Source: Lama guanicoe (lineage: Eukaryota). Taken from it: a DNA stretch of 64,000 nucleotides. Shown in pieces: positions 14,399 to 27,215 of this stretch. Location: the NCBI GenBank assembly GCA_013239625.1, contig MU053365.1, forward strand, positions 2,018,115-2,082,114, given 5' to 3'. The notes below the pieces were generated by a model. The model did no database searches and was not told the DNA's origin. It worked only from the letters and a program-made list of their open reading frames with translations. Position 1 is the first letter of the stretch. Each line of letters opens with the position of its first letter. A program made the position numbers and the translations under genes.

Positions 14399-14657
14399 CT
14401 AGATATCTTAAGTTTTCCATGTGACTTTAAATTCAAATCTTCAATTACCTGATGCTTCCTCCAGCTCTGCACCCAGTTAATTTTCTTCCTCAGATGCCTA
14501 TCTTCCCGTATAATCCAAACAGAGCCCAGCAGTAAAATCTGTTTCTTTATTTCTTTCATAAAGATAATCCTACTCTACCCATCTGGGCATCACCTCCTGG
14601 TAACCTCTGAGAAACATAATATTACTTAGCTCATTAATAACCCAAGTTGATACTTAC

Positions 14658-14762
14658 CTATGTGCTTTGTCCCATGGAAAAATTCCATCCAAGATTGTCC
14701 ATATTTGGTAGTTTCCAACGTGGTCCCATTCTTTTTAGTGAAAGATGGGAGGGCTTGATCTT
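14658..14762 (-). other. Candidate internal exon of an unidentified gene (105 nt, phase 1-1)
   Basis: ctcttgttctcatAG| acceptor and TAG|GTAAGT donor; open frame EDQALPSFTKKNGTTLETTKYGQSWMEFFHGTKHI; lies in sequence I do not recognise as repeat. Protein not recognised. Confidence 0.35.
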
Positions 14763-16597
14763 CTATGAGAACAAGAGGTCATAACACAATTTTAGGCAGT
14801 AGAAAAAAAGAAGTACAAGCAAGAGAATCCAACAGATCATAATAAAGGGAAGCAGGAATTCTAATGCGTTGTAGTCTAGGGTCCACTCCATGAAGAGCTG
14901 TGGCTAGAAGTTAGACGATGCAGACTTTAGCAGGAAGAACAACGAAACCAAATCTCACTCCAATGTCAGTCAAATCCTTCCCCTTGATGAAAGCTTATGA
15001 GGAATACATGTGACTTCACACCACATCACTACTTATCACTGGCTCACAGCTTTGTTCATTATTGTGTCATGAGCATAAAGGGGCTGTAGTAACTATGGCA
15101 ACCTAGGGTGGCACATGCACAGTTTATCATTATCAAAACCTCTTTTCCATTTAGTTTCCGATTTTGTTCCTTGTTAATTTACTTCTACGGTCACACACAT
15201 ATGGAAGTATAAAGTCTCTTCTTCCTTCTTTTGCCTACTTCTTTACACCTTGATGACAAAGATGTGTTTTTATTAATAAAGTCCTAGTTATCTAATTCAA
15301 CTGACAGTATATGTTTTTACTAACATACAAAACATATTCAGTCATACTCAACATCATGATTATACCTCTCTCCTGTCCACAAGATCTCGCTAAAATGCAT
15401 GAACCTATACGTTTTCCTTTTCCAGTAAAATAGTTTTCCCTTCTGCTCAATACTATAGACAGAGACTATGGTTAGGCAATATAAACTATACCACATTCTA
15501 TATCAGTTACATTAACTAGTCATTCTGTGTATTCATTTAATCAGTAATTCACATGACTATTTCAATATAGCTCAGATTTAGCCATCTTTTCCATAGCAAC
15601 ATGAAAACATTGAGTAAACTCATCCCTAAAATTCAGATCCAGTATATTTCTATTAAGAGTTATGAGGGAAGATACAGACTCCTATTCATTGGTCTTCAGG
15701 CAAAGAAAAATAATAGTTATCCTAGAAACATCATGAGCGACCAAATTAAAGTAGGCACCACAAGAGATCAGAGAAAGAGGTCGATGAAAGCTATTCTGGG
15801 GAAAGATTCCATAGGCCTGGGAGTGGGGGTGACTTGCACATGTGGGGGAAATAGAAAGAAGAGCTAAAGGTGACATCCAGGTTTCTGTCTTGTGTAATGA
15901 GGTGCACTGGGACTGTGATCTCTCAGTCCCCAAACAATTCTCAAATCCAACTATTTCCAGGTCCCAAATTCTGATTGTCGGCAGCCTAATGTCTGTGTTG
16001 ACTCAGTAATCTAGTGAAATTCTGTTGCAATTCATGTCTCAGCCTGCCGGATTACAAAATGCACCCTCATTCATATGTAGGCTTAGACTCTTAAATCTGC
16101 TAATAATTTCTCTGATCCCTAACTCTGTGTTTCTGATGATATGCTTTTTTTAAGACTTACCCAGACTCAAGGCACCTCTGGTCAAACATAAAATGCCTTG
16201 GACTCAGGTACTCAGTATACTGATATCAACAGCTAACCTCAGAAAACAGGAAAGGGCAGGGGGAAGATATACCCAGGGTCTCTACCTTCTGGAGTCAGTG
16301 ACTCCCAACAGGCCTTGTCATCACCAAAATTAAAACAATAATGACAAGAATTCCTAGTAAGTTACAGCCCTTGTCATTACAGCTATCAGTAAGCAGGACA
16401 GTCAGCCTTAGCTCAACTAAGCAAGGAAGAAAATAAATAACCTCTTTCAAAGTCTTTTGTCACTGCGTCAGGGAACATTTAAAGTGTTGATCACACACAC
16501 AAATAAACAAAAAGCAAACAAAAAAAAACTTATGTTCAAATCATCTATTTAGTAGTTCACTGCAAAAAAGTGCTACGTTAAACCACTTCTCACATAC

Positions 16598-16648
16598 CTT
16601 GTAGACATGCTCCAGCCAATACCACAGCTAAGTGCTGACCAAAGAGGC
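16598..16648 (-). other. Candidate internal exon (51 nt)
   Basis: cataattctatAG| acceptor and AAG|GTATGT donor; open in phase 1 (LFGQHLAVVLAGACLQ). Confidence 0.28.
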
Positions 16649-16707
16649 CTATAGAATTATGAATGTTAAGGGAGATGTTCCATCGCACATAGCTTGTAAA
16701 ACAGTCT

Positions 16708-17025
16708 AGCCCTTTGCGGTCAATACAGTAGCCACTAGTGACATATAGCTATTCAACACTTGTTAACATGGGCAATTCATATTGAGATGTGCCATAAATG
16801 TAAAGTATACACAGTATTTTGAAGACAAATTATGAAAAAAGGTAAAATATCTCATTTTTATATAGAGTACATGCTTTACATGACACTTTTGGATATACTG
16901 AGTTAGATAAAATAAAACATATTACTAAATAATTTTACTCATTTTATTTTACCTTTTTAAATGTGGTTTCTAGAAAATTTAGGATTGCACATGAGGACAT
17001 ACATACATATTGGACATTGCTACTC
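16708..17025. mobile_element. MER33-like hAT-Charlie MITE
   Basis: gtcaatacagtagccactagt..attgagatgtgccataaatgtaaagtatacac..tattggacattgct. Confidence 0.8.
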
Positions 17026-17261
17026 TATACTAATTTAGAGCATATGTCAGATAATTGTTTTGAAATGTCCTTTAACCGTCTGTTGTCTTCTTTGATATCA
17101 TTTTTTCCAAACTAAATTACTATGAAATACAGTTATCCTATTGCAATATGTACTAAACAGTTCCTCATTTAACTAGGGAATTTGTTTGACGTTAAATAAA
17201 TTTTTCTGTTTTATTTTCTCAGATTTCAAAACATGGTATTGGTAACTTTGATTAAATTCCA

Positions 17262-18690
17262 TTTTCACAGAACTAGAACAAATAATCCTAAATTTTATAT
17301 GGAATTGCCAAAATTGCCAAAATTGCCAGAATCGCCAAAGCAGCTGCATGTAAATCAATGAAGTTAGAACACTCCCTCACTCCATACACAAAAATAAACT
17401 CAAAATGGCTTAAAGACTCCAATATAAGACAAGACATGATAAACTTCCTAGAGAAAACATAGGCAAAACATTTTCTGACATATATCTTAGCAAAGTTCTC
17501 CTAGGACAGTCTACCCAGGCAATAGAAATAAAAGTAAAAATAAACAAATGGGACCTAATTAAACTTATCAGCTTTACACAACAAAGGAAACCATAAGCAA
17601 AACACAATGACACCCTATGAAACAGCAAAAAATATTTTCAAATGATGTGACTGACAAAGGCTTAATTTCCAGAATATATAAACAGCTCATACAACTTAAT
17701 AACAAAAAACAAACAGCCCAGTCCAAACATGGGCAGAAGACCTAAATAAGCAATTCTCTGATGAAGACATACAAATGGCCAACAGGCACATGAAAAAAAT
17801 GCTCAGTATTGCTAATTATCAGAGAAATGCAAATCAAAACTACAATGAGTTATCATCTCACACCAGTCAGAATGGCCATCATTCAAAAGTCCACAAATGA
17901 CAAATGCTGGAGAGAATGTGGAGAAAAAGGAACTCTCCTACACTGCTGGTGGGAATGTAGTTTGGTGAATCCATTAGGGAAAACAGTATATAGATTCCCC
18001 AAAAAACTAAAAATAGACTTACCATATGACCCAGCAATCTCACTACTGGGTATATATCCAGATATATATCTAGAGGGAACTCTAATTCGAAAATATACAT
18101 GCACCCCAATGTTCATGGCAGCACTGTTTGCAATAGCCAAGACATGAAAACAACCTAAATGTCCATCAACAGATGACTGGATAAAGAAGATGTGGTATAT
18201 TTATACAATGGAATACTACTCAGCCATAAAAAAGAATAAAATAATGCCATTTGCAGCAACATGGATAGATCTGGAGATTGTCATTCTAATTGAAGTAAGC
18301 CAAAAAGAGAAAGAAAAATACCATATAATATCACTCCTATGTGGAATCTAAAAATAGAAAAAAAAAAGACACTGATGAACTTATTTACAAAACAGAAACA
18401 GACTCACAGATATAGTAACAAACTTATGATTACTGGGGGGAAAGGGAGTAAGAAGGCATAAATTGGGAGTTCAAGATTTACAAATATTAACTACTATATA
18501 TAAAATAGATAAACAACAACTTTCTTCTGTATAGCCCAGAGAACTATATTTAGTATCTTGTAGTAACCTATAATGGAAAAGAATATGAAAATGAATATAT
18601 GTATGTATATGTATGACTGAACTATTATGCTGTACACCAGAAATTGATGCATTGTAAACTGACTATACTTCAATGAAAAAGTAAAAAAAA
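17262..18690 (+). mobile_element. Relatively young, 5'-truncated L1 (ORF2 C-terminus + 3' UTR + A tail)
   Basis: Track ORF 17809-18147 [42 protein letters not shown]; 3' UTR ends ctgactatacttcaat + A tail; possible 8-bp TSD aaattcca (17254-17261 / 18688-18695). Confidence 0.95.
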
Positions 18691-20066
18691 TTCCAGTTGG
18701 CATCATTAGATGATAATCATTGTGTGTGATTATCAACACACAAGAAGATGGATAACTTAAGTGAATGGTGGAAACATGGGGGAGATACTCCATCTTCTCA
18801 TTCAGCACTGTATTTTCCCTCCTTTTCAATTAGCACAAGCAATCTTCTTGAACCAGTAGCAGCACAACATGACTACATATGCTAAGTGATGTTGTGAATT
18901 CAGACTGTGAGATTTCCCTTAGAGATTAAATTACCTCTGAAATTCTCCAGCTGAAGCAGCATGATTTTCTCTTCCACTCTGTTCTTGGTGTGGAATCCTT
19001 AGTGATGTAATTTCTGCTCAGGGAAAATGCATCTAAATGGCTCTGTGGTACTCTCTGAGCTCTGCTTAAGTCCAATATCAACAAAGATAATGCATGATTT
19101 TTGTTTTAGCCTGCCCTGCCATTCATCCAGTTGTCTTCAGGAATTACAGACAGAAAGGAATTAGAGTTACTAGTGACCTCTTTCCTTGATATCAGCCTGA
19201 GAAAGTTGTTTTAAACAAAGACTTGAGTTCTGTTTTTAAGCTGGGTTTGTTTAAAGTTTATGGCTAAAGATACTCTATCAGACTCATAAAATGTACAGAT
19301 ACCTTGGCCAAGTGTATCTCTCCTACACACTTGTTTTCTCTGATTTCCTCTGATCTGTCCCGTACTGCTAGACAAAGCCTGGATCTGCAATATATTGAAT
19401 TACCTGAGGAAAAATGGAAAGTTCCATTGATTATCTAGACATTTGATTCACTCAGCTTTTACCATTTACTCATCCATCTAGACATTTCTAGACAATGAAT
19501 AAAAATTTTCAGTTTAGATTTATTAATTTAACTTCATCTAGGTCCTGTCATTTTTTTAAGCTCTAACTCACCATAAGGTTATTATGAATTGCCTGCTTTT
19601 TTTAATAGAGGGAAAAGTAAAACGTTAACAGCATCTATATTGTCAGACTTGGTTCCATATCAATATCAGAATCTGCATGTCCAACTAAAAGCAAAATGTG
19701 CACTTCAAAATCAGATTCGGTAGCCCTAAATGCCCTGTGGAGTGACTCCAGGGGAATATGGTGCATGCAGTTTCTGAATAATGACTGTTAAATATGAGTA
19801 GTAGTTACAAGACTTCGGGCAGTATGTAGTATGCTTGTGCATAAATGGAAGTTAAGATATTTGGAAGACATAGTGGTTATACCTAAGATTATAATAAAGC
19901 CAAGATGGTTTTTAAATCAAACATTCCCATAATAGACACTTGGAAATCTTAGTCCCTCTAGTATTCATCCAAAATCGTGGGTATGTTTCTTTGTTATATG
20001 TTTGCAATGATTGAGTTTCCTTTATTCAGTAGTTCTCAAATTTATTGTAACTACCGAATCTTGTTC

Positions 20067-20275
20067 CAGGGTTAGCAAACTTTTTCTGCTAAGGGCAGAC
20101 TGTAATGGGCAAATACTTTCAACTTTGCTGGCCATATAATCTCTGTTACAACTATTTACCTCTGCCCTTGTAGCATGAAAGCAGTAATAGTCAATACATA
20201 AACTAATAAAACTTTATTTACAAAAACAGCTGATGGGCTGAAGTTGGACTGTAAGTGGTAGTTTGTCAAATCCTG
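20067..20275 (+). mobile_element. MER58A-like hAT MITE
   Basis: cagggttagcaaactttttctg..tctctgttacaactatttacctctgcccttgtagc..taataaaactttatttacaaaaacag. Confidence 0.8.
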
Positions 20276-20724
20276 CTGCATTCCAATGAAATCTCACACC
20301 AAATCCCAACAGATTGTATTAGTTATGAATTGAAGTTCAAAAGTACAGGTAGGTAAGGAAAACCACATTAGTTTCTTCTAATCATCTTCCAGATAAAAAC
20401 TTCTGTAGCACCATTGGTGGAAAATTTTATCTCCATAATTCTTGAATTTTACCCTTCCAGTACCCTATGATCATATGTAGCAGCAAGACAAGAGAGTGGG
20501 TTGGAGTAAGTGGGCCCCATTATTCATAGCTTATCTGCTTGTACTTGTTACCACTTAAACATTCATTAGCAGGTCTCCTCAGTCCTCACTCTGTGGTATT
20601 TGATGCCATGCTTGAAGCATAGATATTGGTGGAAAGACTGGGAACCTCTATAGGAGCACCATGTAGTTACTACGTACAATCGCTTGCCGTATACTTGGTT
20701 GCTTCTAGGGTCCTTTTTTATGTA

Positions 20725-21110
20725 TTTTTAAATCCACTTTATTGATTTATTGACATGTAAAAAATGTACTTATTTTATGTATACAACTCAATGAATTTGG
20801 GTATAAGTATACACCTGTAAAATTATCACCACCACCTTGATCATAAACATATCCATTCCCTCCATCTTGATCATAAACATATCCATTCCCTCCCAAAATT
20901 TCCTCTAGCCCCTTTATTGTTGCTATTTTTGTGTGTTGTGGTAAGAACACAATGTAAGATCTACCTTCCTAGCAAATTTTAAGTATACAATATAGTTTTG
21001 CTAGCTACAGACACTATGTTCTATAGTAGATCTCCAGACATTATTTATCTTGCATAACTGAAACTTTGCATACTTTAACCATCCCTCTCCATTTTCCCTT
21101 CCCTCTCCCA
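20725..21110 (-). mobile_element. L1MA-type 3' end
   Basis: gtggtaagaacacaatgtaagatctacc..tagcaaattttaagtatacaata..tagatctccagacattatttatcttgcataactgaaactttg. Confidence 0.85.
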
Positions 21111-21381
21111 GCCCTGGCTTCAAGAGTTCTGAACCTACAGTTTGACTGCAGGCAGGACAAACAGATCTTTGTGTTTTTTCCAACTTCTGGGAATCTTTCT
21201 TTCTGCCATGCTATTTTCAATATCATTTTCTCCAGTGTACTCCCTCTTCCCCAGAAAAAGTTCTTCAAATGGATCAGGATTTTATTTAAGAAAAGAACCA
21301 GGGCTTCAGTCTGTTTCTGCTTAAATACTTAAATTCACTTGAAAAGTGAATGTAAAATATAGGAGTGATGAAACAATTTAC

Positions 21382-22228
21382 TTTTTTTAACTTTATTTTT
21401 ATAGTAGTTTTAGTTCACAATATTGAGAGGAAGGTATAGAGATTTTTCATATACATCATGTACTATGCATAGCCTTCCCCATTATCAAAACCACTCACCA
21501 GAATGATACCTTTTTTTTTTTTTAACCAAGGATGAACCTACACTGACACATCATAATCACTCAAAATCCATAGTCTACCTTAGGGTTCATTCTTGGTCTT
21601 GTACTTTCTGTGGGTTGGAATAAATGTATAAGGACATATATCCATCATCTAACATCGTACAGAGTATTTTCACTGCCCTAAAAATCCTCTGTGCTGTACC
21701 TGGCAACTACTTATCTTTTTATTGTCTCCACAGCTTTGCTTTTTCCAAAATGTCCTATAGTTGAAATCATTCAGTATGTAGCCCTTTTAAATTGGCTTCT
21801 TTCACTTAGTAATATGCATTTAAGTTTCCTCTGTGTCTTTTCATGGCTTGATAGCTCATTTCTTTTCAGTGTTGAATAATATTCCATTGTCTGGATGTAC
21901 CATTGTTGATTTATCCATTCACCTTCTGAAGGACATCTTGGTTTTTTCCAAATTTTGGCAAATATGAATAAAGCTGCTATAAACATCCATGTGCAGATTT
22001 TTGTGTGGGTAAAAGTCTTCAACTCCTTTGGATAAATACCAAGGAGCAAGATTGCTAGAAGGCATGGTAAGAGGATGTTTAGTTTTATAAGAAACTGCCA
22101 AACTGTCTTCCAAAGTGGCTGTACTATGCTGCATTCCCATCAGCAGTGAAGGAGAATTCTTGCTGCTCTACAACCTTGCCAGTATTTGGTGGTGCTAGCA
22201 TTTTGGATTTTGGCCAAATAGGTGTGTT
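21382..22228 (-). mobile_element. L1MC1/L1MB-type 3' end
   Basis: Track ORF 21771-22049 LLGIYPKELKT..TKICTWMFIAALF..AK.WK.PRCPS; gatgaacctacactgacacatcataatcac 3' UTR motif. Confidence 0.9.
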
Positions 22229-22359
22229 TCAATGTTTTAATAAGTTATCTTGTGAAATATAAAATATGGAAATAGAGTTACTAGAGTTGAAGTATCCAAA
22301 GGAGGTCTAGACCACTGACCTTTCAGCCAGCCTTGCTCACACAGAAATTCCTAAATTGC

Positions 22360-22850
22360 TTAGTTATCAGGGTCTCACAAGACTGTAATGAAGGTACTAG
22401 TAGGACTGCATTCCTTTCTGGATACTCTGCTGAAGAATTTTCTGCCAAGCCCATCCAGGTTGTTGGGAGAATTCAATTCCTTGCAACTGGAGGTCCAAAG
22501 TCCCTATTTTCTTGTTGGTTGTAATCTAGAGGTTTCTCTCAACATCTGGAGGGTACTTTCAGGTCCTTGCTATGTGGTCCCCATATGCAGTTCACAACAA
22601 GGCTATTCACTTTTTTCCAGGCGAGTAAGAACCTGTCTCTCTGACAGCTTGCTCTCTGACTAATAAGACCCAGATATAAAGGGCTAATGCGATCAGGTTG
22701 GGCCCACCTAGACCATCTCCCTTAAACTTGACTAGGCCGTATAACATAACCTGGTATCCCAGCATGGTCAAAGTCCCAGAGGTTATACAGGACATATATA
22801 TCAGGGGATAGAAATCTTGGAAGACATCTTAGAATTCTACCTATCACGCT
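22360..22850. mobile_element. MLT1-type LTR
   Basis: ccaagcccatccaggttgttgggagaattcaattccttgca and ggaagacatcttagaattctacctatcac motifs. Confidence 0.75.
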
Positions 22851-24019
22851 AGGGCATACATCAGGTACCGTGGAGTTCCTCAGATCCCAGTTTGAAAATC
22901 TCTGCCTTACTCAATCATTTTTGGCAAGGGTACTAATTTTTCAGGGATAATAAATGTGACTTTTCTCCAAAGTCTACTTTGTTCATCCTTGGTTGTCATT
23001 ATCTGTTATTAATCCTCTAGAATAGCAAGTTTAGTTAGAAAACATTTTCTTCCAGGATCCCTAAAAGTTTAAATTTCTTCTGAGTTTATTGAAATCAACA
23101 TCTTCTCTACTCTGTCACATTGTTCACTATTCGAAATACTTATAGCAAATTGAACATCCTGAATATGTTTAAAATCATTCTAGAATTTAGGTGTTCTCCT
23201 TTCTGTAGGTAGAATAAATATACTCAATTAAAACAATGTATATTAAAGGTACACTTTTTCTCTTCCCATTCAATTTTTTTCTCTATTTATGCATTCATTT
23301 ACATTTTTCTGGGCTAGAGATACAGATTTTTGAGATGGTGAGGGATAATGTATACAGTAAAAGAAGATGCAAGAATGGAAGTCAGGGGCACAAGAATATT
23401 TAAGAAGAGCTTGAAGAAAAAGGATCCCACACAAGCTCATGCTAAGCAGTGGCCAGGAGCAAGTGAAAGAAGGCAAATATCAACATCATCAAATGCAACA
23501 GAGAGGTTAAGTAAGTGGGGCTCTGTCCACCAGCAGTGGACACACAATAGTGTCTTTGAAGAATCTGTCAGAGTTGAGTCATGAGAATACTAGCTACCCT
23601 AGGTATTCTGAGCAAAAAGTCCTTTAATATAGGAAATTAGAGGATTATGTGACTCTTGAAAGCCTGGGGGAGAAAAGAGGGCCACAGCTGATTTTCTGGA
23701 AATCTGGAAGAAGAGAGGTTACAGCAACCATGCCACCAATAACTCCAGCTGCCTTCAACCCTGAAGAAGACGATCTGTAGGCTGCCAGTGTCTAGCTCTC
23801 TGCCTACACATGCCAGCAGGGAATAATGGCTTCTCTTTCTTGTCCACCTCCCAAATCTCATGTGAGTGGTTAGAAGAAGGAGAATATAATCCAGAATCGT
23901 GGATGCAAGTGATTCTGGAAAAGGCAGTTTTGGGTGATGTTGAGAGAAATGAGGGGGGGGTGGCCAAGCCTCCCAGCGGCAAAAGACATTCCAGTAAACA
24001 CATCAAGAGTCGATTACTA

Positions 24020-24220
24020 GCAGTTTTGAGTCTCATATACGCTGGCACTCCCTTAGACACTTTATATGCCTCCTCTCCTTTAATGTGAGGTAGGTATTAT
24101 TATTCTTGTTGTACAGATAGGAAATCTGAGACCCAATGGGTCAATGTTGCTTGAAGTTACATGGTTAATAAATGCAAGAATGGTGATAGGAATCCAGGTC
24201 ATCTTTAAAGCCTCTGAATA
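24020..24220. mobile_element. MIR SINE
   Basis: tgtgaggtaggtattattattcttgttgtacagataggaaatctgagaccca core. Confidence 0.8.
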
Positions 24221-24375
24221 TTCCAACTGATTCCCTACATTATTTTCAATAAGGTAAAAGACAATAGACAAAGTTTCATAAAATAATGAAAATTTCCACT
24301 ATCAAAATTTTAGTACTCTATAATGGTCAAAGATATCTTGAACAATATGCACTCTATTTTGTGTTTTATATTCTT

Positions 24376-24543
24376 TTTTTAAATAATGTAGTATCTTTTT
24401 TAAAGTTTTTTTTTTTGAGGGGGGAGGTAATCAGGTTGGTTTGTTTGTTTGTTTATTCATTTATTACTGGAGGCACTGGGGATTGAACCCAGGACCTTTG
24501 TGCATACTAAGCACATACTCTACCACTGAGCTATACCCTCCCC
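24376..24543 (-). mobile_element. tRNA-derived SINE, camelid vic-1-like
   Basis: Reverse strand ggggagggtatagctcagtggtagagt (A box) ... gggttcaatcccc (B box), then an A-rich/cctgattacctcccc tail. 16-bp TSD with 1 mismatch: tgtgttttatattctt 24360-24375 and tgtattttatattctt 24544-24559. Confidence 0.9.
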
Positions 24544-26388
24544 TGTATTTTATATTCTTGATAACTACAAGCATGAACATTAAATCCTTGTAAATGACAA
24601 GTGAGCTCTGACAGGCCTTAGCTCCTGAGCCTGCCCCACAGCTGGGACCACTGCAGTCACGTGAGTTCTCCAGAAGGGGAGACCCTCTAAGTTTACCCCA
24701 ATCCCAGCTTTACTATAAAATCCTGGATCTCAGTATACGTCTTTAAAAAGAGGCTTTCATGATAGTACAGATTTTAGTATAACTTGTTATTAAATCAGCT
24801 GCCAAAAAATTAGGGTTGATTTCAGTCTTCAAAAATCTTTATTGTGACCTCACCAAGATAAATGCATGTCTAGTATGCCCCATTAAGTTAAGTATATAGC
24901 TTGGACTATATTGTGAACCTGCAACTTGGCCACGTTATATTGACTAGACGGTCCACAGTCCCTTACTGAATTTTCTTGCTTATATTATTAATACATAAAC
25001 ACAATATTACTCTTGCTATTGTAATTCTTAAAGCATAAACTATTTGCATATCATTATGATTTTGATACTTTAATGACTTGCTTTTTAATGTATTTTTAAT
25101 GGTACAGGAAACTTTTCATCCCAATATAAATATGGAAATCAAAGCTAAAACTGTCTTTCAGTCAGATTATGACATTGTTTTTCATAAACACTGCTTCATT
25201 TTCACAAGATTTGAACTATGGTTATATTTAGATTCCTCTTTAGCTCTTTCAAAGTATATATTTCTATTGATACCAATAATTTAACCTTATAATTTTGAAG
25301 AATGTTTAAATTCTCTCAATTTATATAGACGATTAAGTTGTAAACTAATTCAAACTGAATTTTAAGGACTGGAGAGATTATTGGGATCAAAAAACCCTTG
25401 AATTAAAACAAAAAAGACTTGACATTGAATTAGATCTATTGGTAGAAACCCCACAGGATGAGCAGAGAACCTGATGTAAATTTAATTGCAAGATACAATG
25501 TTCATCTATAGAAAAATACATCATCAGACAGAAGCCCAATAAACCATAAAAGTACATTAGATTTTACTTGATAATTAAAAATGATTTTACTTTATTTAAT
25601 TTTCAAATTGATTTTGTTAATTTTGACTTAATTCTGTTTTGTAAGACAAACCTTCAATATCTCCTTTCTTCAGGCTAATTCAGCATGTCTTTGCTGCCTA
25701 AGAAATCCGACAGCTCTATAGAGAAAAAAAGTGTGCATCAAATTCCTAATGAGTGCAATTTACATTATAAGGAGGAAGAATAGCATTCAGCACTTTCTTT
25801 CTAAGGAAGTGACCTGGGAATTCCTTAGAAAAAGATCCAGTGACTTCTAAAACATGCGATGTTTCACTATCTAGGCTTATAAAGAAATAAGAGTTAAGAG
25901 AGTTCCTGGTTATTCTGTAACCTCACTCAGTTCCAATAAAATCTCAAGTTATATTTAGCCCTGAAATTTAAAATTCCTGTAAGTGCTAGTAACCATTAAA
26001 TATCTCTTTTCTATGTATTATTACTGATATAAAAACGACTCATGTGATAATTGGCAAGATATTGCACATAGATGATGACTGAGTTCCACTTATGAGAATC
26101 CTTGACATTGTATTAATTCATTTTGACATGAATTTTCTTGACTAAGTCTTCAATCAAAGGATGACAATCTACATCTTGTCCATCAAAATAATTATTAAGA
26201 AGTATGACATTTTTATTTTATGTCATTAGTTTGCTAATTTCTCTGATGTTTTGTACAATCCCTATTAATTATATTTTCCTTCTTGAGTTCTTCATCCCAA
26301 TTATTCTGACAAAATTCTCATAAATATAGAACTGTGTCAGAATCACAGCCCACTCTGCACATTTAGTTTCAACAGTAATGATTAATAG

Positions 26389-26737
26389 TGATGACAAAAA
26401 ATTAATTAATAGTCGATCTATGAAAGAAATGGAAAATTTTATTTGAGCCAACCTGTGGATTATAACCCCAGAAACAGTCTTTTGGAAATCTCTGAGGACT
26501 GTCCCATCCATTAGAGATCAAAGCACAGTTACATAAGTTTTTGAGACAAAAGGTTATACGTTAAATGTATTATTGACAGTTTACACAATCCAGCTTTACA
26601 TGTAGAAAGTGAGTAGCGGGCCTTGGGTCATCATGTCCCGTTGCAAGATTAAGAAGGAAGGTTATCTGCCCAAAGCTGCAGACAAAAATTTTATGTTTAA
26701 ATTTTTTCATCTTGCCATAGAATATGAATTTTCATCA
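26389..26737 (-). mobile_element. Solo LTR, ERV1-like
   Basis: Inverted termini tgatga...tcatca, minus-strand AATAAA near 26437, 4-bp flanks atag/attg. Confidence 0.7.
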
Positions 26738-26849
26738 ATTGTATATGTAAATACATTTCCTTTATGACCAAATCTGCAAAGACATTCTCTACTTTTCATT
26801 CATCAGATACAGCTACCCATTTACAAAGAACTTAAAGACAACACAATCT

Positions 26850-27215
26850 TGCCATTGGTGAACACGCCAGGCTTTTACTCACCTCCAGGTGTTTGACTTG
26901 TCTACTCACTGTGCATAAGAAGTGCTTATCCTTGCTCTCTCCACAGCTTACTCCTTTATCTCTTTCAAGTTTTTGTTTAAATGTAACCTTCTCAGTAAGG
27001 CCTACACTGGCGACCCTCTTTAATGCTTCAACTCCCCCTTCTCAGTGATCCCAGTATTCCTTCCCGTGCTCTATTTGCTTTCATCTCTAAAATATACACC
27101 CAGAAAGGCAGTTATTTTTGTCCGTATTATTCATGAATGCATCATTGGCACCTAAAACGGTATCTGACACATAATATTTGCTCAATAAATTTTTTTAACA
27201 AAATGATTGAATTCT
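26850..27215 (+). mobile_element. L2 3' end
   Basis: aaatgtaaccttctcagtaaggcct..ggcacctaaaacggtatctgacacataatatttgctcaataaat. Confidence 0.75.

Noticed and set aside
16598..16648. Alternative frame PLWSALSCGIGWSMSTR resembling a thrombospondin-1 motif
   Set aside because: It lacks the required cysteine spacing and is too short to be meaningful.
17809..18147. 112-aa ORF and similar ORFs at 10742-11209, 21771-22049 and 58210-58578 as genes
   Set aside because: They are fragments of the L1 ORF2p C-terminus in truncated, frameshifted elements.
20836..20893. 30-bp tandem duplication (cttgatcataaacatatccattccctcc x2)
   Set aside because: A local slippage duplicate inside an L1 3' UTR, with only two units and no spacers, so not CRISPR-like.
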